From: Candidatus Omnitrophota bacterium | Lineage (GTDB): Bacteria > Omnitrophota > Gorgyraeia > Gorgyraeales > Gorgyraeaceae | Reading direction: 5' to 3' | DNA length: 64,000 nucleotides | Assembly: GCA_030649895.1 (NCBI GenBank) | Contig: JAUSEX010000031.1 | Location: 2,620 to 66,619, forward strand | In this document: positions 57,732 to 64,000 of the stretch, piece after piece | Layout of the letters: each line of letters begins with the position of its first letter | Numbering within the stretch: position 1 is the first letter of the stretch | Translations under genes and position numbers: made by a program | The notes under the pieces: model-generated | The model's database searches: none | Seen by the model: the letters and a program-made list of their open reading frames with translations, nothing else | What the model was told of the DNA's origin: nothing

Positions 57732-58739
57732 ATGAACCAGGACTTTCTCGTTCGCAAGCCTAAATACTGCTGCTGGGTTCTTAATTATCGCTGTATGTTA
57801 AGATGCAAGATGTGCTACATCTGGAATATCAAAGACGATAAAAGCCAGGAAACTACCATGGAGGAGAAAAAGAAATTTGTCAAATCCTTGCGCGGCATGG
57901 TAGGCCCTGATTTTGAATTTCACTTATCAGGCGGGGAGCCTTTAATGACAGAGGGGGTTTTGGATTTAGTTAGTTTTATTGCTGATGAAGGATATAAGAC
58001 AAATATGGTTACAAATGGCTTTCTTATCGATGAAAAAATGGCAGAAGATGTTATGAATTCTAAACTGGGGAGCGTTACTATTTCATTAGATGGAATAAAT
58101 CCAGATACCCATGATTATATCCGAGGCGTAAATGGCAGCTATTCCAGGATAATGGAAGCTATCGAATATCTGGATAGGTCTAGAAAAGATAAAAGCCCGA
58201 AAATCTCCATGTTGACTGTTATAATGGAACGCAATTTAGATGAGCTGCTTGAGCTTGCAGAATGGGTTCAACAGGATAAGAGGTTAGAGATGATAAGCTT
58301 TCAGGCAATAAACCAGCCTTTTTGCGAAGATATGGATAAAGAATGGTTCAGAGAAAATAAAAATAGTTTTCTATGGCCTCAGGATAAAGCAAAAACCAGC
58401 TTTATTATGGAGAGGCTTAGAGAATTAAGGTTAAAAGGGAATAAAATAGGGAATCACCATAATCATTTTTTGCATTTCAGGGAATATTTTAAGGATCCGA
58501 ACACATTTTTAAAGAAGATAAAATGCAATCTTGGAGATTATGAGTTTCATGTTGATCCGTACGGGAAGATGTTTTTCTGCTCTTTTACAGATTCGATGGG
58601 AAATATAAAAAAAGATGATATAAATAAAATCTGGTATTCGCCGGAAACAAAAAAAATAAGGCAGGATGTGTATAATTGCCGCAGAAACTGCCATATAATG
58701 ATTAATTGTTTTTATGAAGATGAAGCCTGCATTACGTAA
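57732..58739 (+). CDS. radical SAM/SPASM-like protein, paralog 6
   Basis: 335 aa. YCCWVLNYRCMLRCKMCYIW, SGGEPLM, YNCRRNCHIMINCFY. Confidence 0.8.
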   Translation: MNQDFLVRKPKYCCWVLNYRCMLRCKMCYIWNIKDDKSQETTMEEKKKFVKSLRGMVGPDFEFHLSGGEPLMTEGVLDLVSFIADEGYKTNMVTNGFLIDEKMAEDVMNSKLGSVTISLDGINPDTHDYIRGVNGSYSRIMEAIEYLDRSRKDKSPKISMLTVIMERNLDELLELAEWVQQDKRLEMISFQAINQPFCEDMDKEWFRENKNSFLWPQDKAKTSFIMERLRELRLKGNKIGNHHNHFLHFREYFKDPNTFLKKIKCNLGDYEFHVDPYGKMFFCSFTDSMGNIKKDDINKIWYSPETKKIRQDVYNCRRNCHIMINCFYEDEACIT

Positions 58740-59982
58740 AACATTTTTTATAACAGTGCCAGCCGTATTGATTTTTCTCATCGTGCTGGAGTTATGCTTG
58801 AGGATGTGCGGGTATTTATATATACAGCGTCACAATCATGAAGCGCATACCAAAACAACGGAATTAAGTAAGGATAAACTCAGGATTCTTTGCTTGGGAG
58901 ATTCTTTTACTTTTGGCGTGGGGTCTAGTCCTGAAAACAATTATCCAAAGCAGTTAGAAAGAATATTGCAGGAAAATATCTCTGAGAAAATAAGCGTTAT
59001 TAATGGGGGCCGCCTTGCCAATACTTCATCGTTACTCTTAAAAAATTTACAAGAAAATATTAATAAATATTCTCCGTCTATCATAGTTGTAATGATAGGA
59101 ATGAATAATAGTTGGAACTTAGAAGGCAGCAGTTATTTTTTGTTAAATAGCAGCATAGGTTTACTGGAAAGACTGGAAAGAATGTCAAGCTCTTTCCGTA
59201 TATACAAATTATTAAAGATAGGATGGGTTAATTTTAAATATAAAATAGATGGAAATAAGAAAATAGCTTCTGCTAATAATTCGATTCGGAAAATAAAACC
59301 TGAATCATTAGAGTTATCCGCTATTGGCAATGAATTATTCTTAAAAGGGGAGTATATCCTGGCTATAGAGAAGTTGCAGGAGTCATTAAAAATAGATAAC
59401 AACAACTACGATGCGTATTTATTTTTAGCAGGTATGCGAAATACTCAGAAAGAATTTCAATTAGCTGAAAAAGAGATATGGCAAGCTATTAATTCGATAG
59501 ATGAATGGGACGATCATCTTATCTGCACAGTGCTTCTAGCCATCAATAGGCTTGGCGATAAGAAAGAAGCAGAATTAGTAAAACTGAAATCGTATTTTAA
59601 AAGTAAATATTATGGGAATAAAAAGAGCAGGCTACTTAAGATAATAGAGGCAGATTTAGATTTTTCAAAAAAAGAAACCATATCTAAAGTGCTGGAATAT
59701 GATTTGGAACGGATAGTTAGGTTGGCTAGGGAGAACAGAGTAACGCTTATTTTGCAGACTTATCCAAGGAGCATACTTGAGAATATTACTATAGAAACAA
59801 TAAGCCGAAAATATAATAGTTGCTTAGCAAACAACGAAATAATATTTAAAGAAAAGGCTCGAAGCGATTTTTTTGTTGCCGATGGCCATTGTAATGAGAA
59901 AGGATATGAATTAATTGCGGAAAATGTGTATGATATTTTGGTTAAAGAAGAAATGTTACCTAGAAAAAGAACAGGAGAATAG
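58714..59982 (+). CDS. membrane-anchored SGNH/GDSL-family hydrolase with TPR-like C-terminal region
   Basis: 422 aa. N-terminal TM, then GDSFTFGVG (GDS-x block I) and later SGNH blocks. Overlaps paralog 6 by 26 nt. Confidence 0.6.
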   Translation: MKMKPALRKTFFITVPAVLIFLIVLELCLRMCGYLYIQRHNHEAHTKTTELSKDKLRILCLGDSFTFGVGSSPENNYPKQLERILQENISEKISVINGGRLANTSSLLLKNLQENINKYSPSIIVVMIGMNNSWNLEGSSYFLLNSSIGLLERLERMSSSFRIYKLLKIGWVNFKYKIDGNKKIASANNSIRKIKPESLELSAIGNELFLKGEYILAIEKLQESLKIDNNNYDAYLFLAGMRNTQKEFQLAEKEIWQAINSIDEWDDHLICTVLLAINRLGDKKEAELVKLKSYFKSKYYGNKKSRLLKIIEADLDFSKKETISKVLEYDLERIVRLARENRVTLILQTYPRSILENITIETISRKYNSCLANNEIIFKEKARSDFFVADGHCNEKGYELIAENVYDILVKEEMLPRKRTGE

Positions 59983-59986
59983 AATA

Positions 59987-61045
59987 ATGGCAGATAAAAT
60001 AAAAGAGAATTTAAGCAAGACAATTGTTTTACCCGCATTTTGCCTTTTGGTTGTTTCTAAAATATGCAATTTTAGATGTAAGATGTGCAATATGTGGAAG
60101 AATAAAGAACGCGGTATAGACAGGAAAGAACTTACCATGGAAGAGATGAAAGGTTTTGTAGATGATTTGAAGAATGTTACTACAGAGCCTATCTTTATTC
60201 ATCTTATAGGAGGAGAGGCATTATTAAGAAAGGATTTAACGGAGATCGTATCTTATATAAAGAAAAGCGGCTTTAATAGCTCTATTACTACGAATGGATA
60301 TTATATTGATGATGAGATGGCGAAAAAGTTAGTTGAATCAGGGCTTAAAGGAATATTTCTTTCTCTGGACGGTTTTGAGGAAGATACCCATGATTATCTG
60401 CGAGGCGTTAAAGGCAGCTATAGGCGCGTGATGGATGCTATTGAATTATTGGATAAAAATAGGGGAGACGATAAGTTGAATAGGTTAAGTATCGGCATAA
60501 CTATGACGCTTATGGAGAAGAATTTGGACGAGGTGTTGGATTTGGCTGAATGGGCAAATAACAATGAAAAGATAAACGATTTATTTATTAATGCATGTTT
60601 GCAGCCATTTGACGCCGATGATCATGAAAGAGAATGGTTTAAAAATAGAAAGAATAGCGATGTCTGGCCGCAGGATATAGAAAAAGTTTGCGCTATCTTA
60701 GAAAAGTTGGCTTTGTTAAAGGAAAAGGGTTATAAGATTTGCAATCCTCCGAAACAACTGAGGCTGGTCAAGGAGTATTTTAAAAACCCCTATAGATTTA
60801 TACATGACAGTAAAATAAAATGCCCAAGGGGAGACTTGGCTCCGGAAATAAACGCTTATGGAGATATAAATATGTGTTTTTGTATGCCGCCTGTTGCAAA
60901 CATAAGAGAGAAGAAGTTTTCAGAGGTATGGTATTCCAGGGAAATGGAGGACGTAAGAAATGAAATAAATAAATGTAAGAAAGATTGCGATATAGCTGTA
61001 AATTGCTTCTATAAAATTGAAAATATAACCGATTATGTTAAATAA
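59987..61045 (+). CDS. radical SAM/SPASM-like protein, paralog 7
   Basis: Start moved to ATG 59987 (MADKIKENL) with an AGGAG RBS 9 nt upstream. The track start 59915 overlaps the SGNH gene. AFCLLVVSKICNFRCKMCNMW, IGGEALL, NKCKKDCDIAVNCFY. Confidence 0.8.
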   Translation: MADKIKENLSKTIVLPAFCLLVVSKICNFRCKMCNMWKNKERGIDRKELTMEEMKGFVDDLKNVTTEPIFIHLIGGEALLRKDLTEIVSYIKKSGFNSSITTNGYYIDDEMAKKLVESGLKGIFLSLDGFEEDTHDYLRGVKGSYRRVMDAIELLDKNRGDDKLNRLSIGITMTLMEKNLDEVLDLAEWANNNEKINDLFINACLQPFDADDHEREWFKNRKNSDVWPQDIEKVCAILEKLALLKEKGYKICNPPKQLRLVKEYFKNPYRFIHDSKIKCPRGDLAPEINAYGDINMCFCMPPVANIREKKFSEVWYSREMEDVRNEINKCKKDCDIAVNCFYKIENITDYVK

Positions 61046-62012
61046 GAGCCCAAAAACCTGTCTTCTGACTGTAACAAATAATTGTGTTTTGCGCTGCAAA
61101 ATGTGCCATCTATGGCAGCTTAATACCGCAGAAAATGAAGTTAATATAGATGACTGCAAAAGATTAATAGATTCTTTTAAGGGGTTTGGGCCAGAACCTG
61201 TAGAGGTGCATATTATTGGAGGAGAATCCTTGATTAAAAAAGGAGTATTAGACTTGATCTCGCATATAAGCAACAAAGGATCTAGGACTGTTATGACTTC
61301 ATGCGCATATACTATAGATGAAACAATGGCAAAGGCAATTGCCGGATCTGGTTTAAATATGTTAAATATATCCATAGATAGCTTAAACCCATTAGTTCAT
61401 AATTTTTTAAGAGGGCGAGATGATTCTTTTCAGCGCGCAATGAGCGCAATTGATTATCTGAGTAAGTATAAAGATAATAGACTGAGATTAGGTATCAACA
61501 CTGTTATTTCAGCAAAGAATTTAGATGATATAGTTGGATTAAGCGAGTGGACACTAGGTAATAAAAATCTGGATTCTATTTATTTTATGGCAGTAATGAG
61601 GCCTTTTGGCTCTAACCTGGACTGGCATTGGTTTAAAAAAGAGGAATATAAGGATCTCTGGCCTTTGGATTATTCTAAAGTTGAACTAGTATTAGATAAA
61701 CTCATTACTTTAAAAAACAAAGGCTCTAAGATAGGGAATCCTGCAAGTCAATTAGAGGTCTTTAAGACATATTTTAAAAATCCTTTCGATTTTATAAAAG
61801 TCAATAGGTGCAATGTTTCTGAGCAAGCCCTTAATATAAACGCATTAGGCGATGTTTATCTTTGTTTTTTTATGGAAAAATTGGGCAATATCAAAGAACA
61901 TAATGTGGCGCAGCTTTGGAATTCCGATAAGGCGCAAAAGATCCGCGCCCAGATGCGCTCCTGCAGGAATAATTGCGAATTAGTAGTGAATTGTTATTAT
62001 GAGGAAAAATAA
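61035..62012 (+). CDS. radical SAM/SPASM-like protein, paralog 8
   Basis: 325 aa. KTCLLTVTNNCVLRCKMCHLW, IGGESLI, RSCRNNCELVVNCYY. 11-nt overlap with paralog 7. Confidence 0.8.
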   Translation: MLNKSPKTCLLTVTNNCVLRCKMCHLWQLNTAENEVNIDDCKRLIDSFKGFGPEPVEVHIIGGESLIKKGVLDLISHISNKGSRTVMTSCAYTIDETMAKAIAGSGLNMLNISIDSLNPLVHNFLRGRDDSFQRAMSAIDYLSKYKDNRLRLGINTVISAKNLDDIVGLSEWTLGNKNLDSIYFMAVMRPFGSNLDWHWFKKEEYKDLWPLDYSKVELVLDKLITLKNKGSKIGNPASQLEVFKTYFKNPFDFIKVNRCNVSEQALNINALGDVYLCFFMEKLGNIKEHNVAQLWNSDKAQKIRAQMRSCRNNCELVVNCYYEEK

Positions 62013-63624
62013 TCGTAGAGATACTAATTTTATAGAGTCTAAAATGAGAAGAAGGAATTATTTATTTTTAATATTAATAATATTAAGTTTTCATGTCTTC
62101 CTAAACTATCAAGTATTGAAGAAAAGTAATATTATAAGAATGGATGATGAAGGAGGGACTATAATAGCAGGCTTGAATTGTTACAATATAATATTCTTGG
62201 ATCATAGCATTAAGCTTGTTAATAAATTAGGTTTTATTTTAGGCCTGCATGGTCAATGCCATCCTCGTTTTGTTGAACTCGCAGAAGCGCTTTCTTGGAA
62301 GGCGCTTAATTTATTTAAAATTTTAGACATAACTTCAATGATTTTAGTAGTTAATGCTATATTTTTTATTATTTTATTAGGCAGTGTATATGGAATTGGT
62401 TCAATAGTTTATAATAGAAATGTAGGCATATTATCTGCAGCGCTGGTTTCAATGTTTCCTTTGGTATTTGGACATTCAAGATTAGCTATGCGAGATTTTC
62501 CTTTGATGTGCATGGTTTCTCTGGGTTTTTATCTGCTTCTGAAGGCCGGTAAATTTAGTTCTAGTTTGTATAGCGTATTATCTGGCGTAGTGTTTGGTTT
62601 AGCGCAATTGACCAAAGAAACTGCTTTTATTTTTTTTCTTACCCCATTAATTTATTATTTTACTGGATCTTACTCGTTGGACAATAAAAAGAAGGTGTTG
62701 CGAAATTTTATTGTTACTTTGGCTTGTTTTTTAATTTTAACCGGAGTTGTATATTTCAGATTAGAAAATCTGCACGCGTTTAAAATATATTTTGGGAAAA
62801 CTTGTTATATCAGGAATTATCCCAATTTTTTTTATTATTTAAAAAATTTTATAGAAATTACAGGGCCATTTATTTTGATTATATCGTTGCCTTTGTTTGT
62901 TCAATACTTGGTTAACATTAAAAGAAGAGAGAAAATTCTATTTGTTTGGTTTATTATCCCGATTATATTGTTTAGCATTACCCCAAATAAAGCTATCAGA
63001 TTTCTTTTCCCCATATTGCCGGCTTTTGCCCTAATCGTAAGCAGCGAAATAGCCAATATTAATTTATCTAAAGAATTTAAAAAGGTATTTTATATTATGC
63101 TGATTTCAATCTCAATACTTCAATATGCGTTTTTCAATGCTGGAATTTTAGATACAAAATTTAAAAACCCGTATTTTGAAGCAGGCATCTTGTCTGTTAG
63201 AAAAGATAAATATTTGCCTGAATATATGAGATTATTGGATGTTTTTAAAAAAGAAGCAAAAAATAATAATGTCTCGGGAAATAAGAATGTAGTTTTTTTA
63301 TTCAATATTCGGGAGATCTATTGGCCGTTTTGGCTGGATACTTGGGTATATAAAATGCCTTTCAATGTATCTAATTCACTGCTGGTAGATGAGGTAGATG
63401 TGATTAATACCTACCATGTTGATTGGGATAAAGAAATTTTGAAAGCGGATTATATTGTTAATAAAACAGGCTTTAAAGAACGGCAAGATTATCGGAATCA
63501 TATTTTAGATGGGTTGGAAAAAGGTTTTATTAAATATAAAGATAGATTTGAATTAATCGCTGACATTAAGCTATTGTTTGATAACTCTGCGGTATACGTG
63601 TATAAAAAAGTTAGTCACAATTGA
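62002..63624 (+). CDS. GT-C membrane glycosyltransferase (GT39/ArnT/PMT_2-like)
   Basis: 541 aa, ~12 TM helices. MFPLVFGHSRLAMRDFPLMCMVSLGFYLL loop region resembles ArnT/PMT-family mannosyltransferases. Confidence 0.6.
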   Translation, partial: RKNNRRDTNFIESKMRRRNYLFLILIILSFHVFLNYQVLKKSNIIRMDDEGGTIIAGLNCYNIIFLDHSIKLVNKLGFILGLHGQCHPRFVELAEALSWKALNLFKILDITSMILVVNAIFFIILLGSVYGIGSIVYNRNVGILSAALVSMFPLVFGHSRLAMRDFPLMCMVSLGFYLLLKAGKFSSSLYSVLSGVVFGLAQLTKETAFIFFLTPLIYYFTGSYSLDNKKKVLRNFIVTLACFLILTGVVYFRLENLHAFKIYFGKTCYIRNYPNFFYYLKNFIEITGPFILIISLPLFVQYLVNIKRREKILFVWFIIPIILFSITPNKAIRFLFPILPAFALIVSSEIANINLSKEFKKVFYIMLISISILQYAFFNAGILDTKFKNPYFEAGILSVRKDKYLPEYMRLLDVFKKEAKNNNVSGNKNVVFLFNIREIYWPFWLDTWVYKMPFNVSNSLLVDEVDVINTYHVDWDKEILKADYIVNKTGFKERQDYRNHILDGLEKGFIKYKDRFELIADIKLLFDNSAVYVYKKVSHN

Positions 63625-63688
63625 GTAATTTCAGATTCTGTGACATTAAAGCTTTCAATTAAGATGCCTGGTTGAGATCGGAACCAAA

Positions 63689-64000
63689 CTTGAAAACAAA
63701 GAATCTAGTTATTTTAAGAGTTCTATTATTTATTTTATTAGTAGTAGGATTTTTAGCCTTGTGTGTTTTTGTAAAAAGACCTTTCCAAGAGCCTGAATTC
63801 AATGTTACAGAGAAAACCGACCTATCTTTAGATATTAAAATAAGCCAAGATGACATCTCTTCCTGCAGAGATTTTATTAAGAACAATGAGCGATACCGAA
63901 AGCCAATATCAAAGGCAAAATTTTCAAAGCAGATCAACGATGCTCAGGGCTATTTAAAAGCTCACCCTTCGGGTAAGATCGCTAAGGATTTAAGAAAAAC
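63689..64000 (+). CDS. partial hypothetical membrane protein (TTG start, runs off window end)
   Basis: Open frame with no ATG. LKTKNLVILRVLLFILLVVGFLALCVFV is TM-like. The minus-strand track ORF 63659-63937 overlaps it and is less plausible. Confidence 0.25.

Noticed and set aside
45622-62012. possibility that the repetitive array is a CRISPR-like or tandem-repeat DNA element
   Set aside because: The units are ~1 kb protein-coding paralogs with 35-50% amino-acid identity and intact motifs, not short direct repeats with spacers. No CRISPR repeats or cas genes are seen anywhere in the window.

Overview
This is a low-GC (~37-38%) bacterial chromosomal segment in which every convincing gene lies on the + strand. 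I cannot place the organism, but the gene content resembles an uncultivated lineage (Omnitrophota-like, rich in pili, TPR-fused GT-C glycosyltransferases and radical SAM enzymes); that placement is only a guess.

Gene content in order:
- 59-2300: ExbB/ExbD/TonB-like energy-transduction trio.
- 2.4-12.9 kb: a complete type IVa pilus locus: PilX-like, a small HTH regulator, a PilM-PilN fusion, PilO, PilP-like, PilQ secretin, PilB ATPase, PilC platform, five tandem pilin/pseudopilin genes, and one pilin gene remnant.
- 13233: tRNA-Ala inside a hairpin-rich cassette.
- 13.5-24.9 kb: rsmE, then a glycosylation block: GT39/ArnT-like + TPR, TMTC-like DUF1736 + TPR, GT2, SAM methyltransferase, B12-binding radical SAM, GT9 heptosyltransferase-like, and a membrane + TPR protein.
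- 24.8-32.0 kb: MiaB-family methylthiotransferase, cvpA, nif3, dnaG-rpoD, and a metallophosphoesterase.
- 32246 and 32662: a promoter-driven tRNA-Met and a tRNA-Val in conserved leader/trailer cassettes.
- 32.8-36.1 kb: COG1579 zinc-ribbon + rnhA, then an unannotated RNase P RNA (rnpB, under a spurious antisense ORF), a PDZ protein, and a HAMP protein.
- 36.1-63.6 kb: a large polysaccharide-type locus: GT4, WecA-like initiating transferase, UGM-like flavoprotein, carbamoyltransferase, SxtJ-like protein, and Wzm/Wzt ABC exporter.

The most notable feature is that the Wzt ATPase carries three copies of a novel ~210-aa bipartite module. The same module recurs in a 1073-aa radical SAM protein (2 copies) and at the C-terminus of a B12-binding radical SAM protein (1 copy). 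This exporter is followed by twelve radical SAM enzymes in total, counting the two module-bearing proteins and the B12-rSAM paralog upstream at 19904. Eight of them are tandem ~340-aa paralogs with a FCC...C-x3-C-x2-C...W core and a C-terminal Cys-rich SPASM/twitch-like tail. An SGNH hydrolase and a GT39-like membrane glycosyltransferase also sit in the locus.

This looks like an undescribed radical-SAM-driven polymer (most likely glycan) modification and export system.
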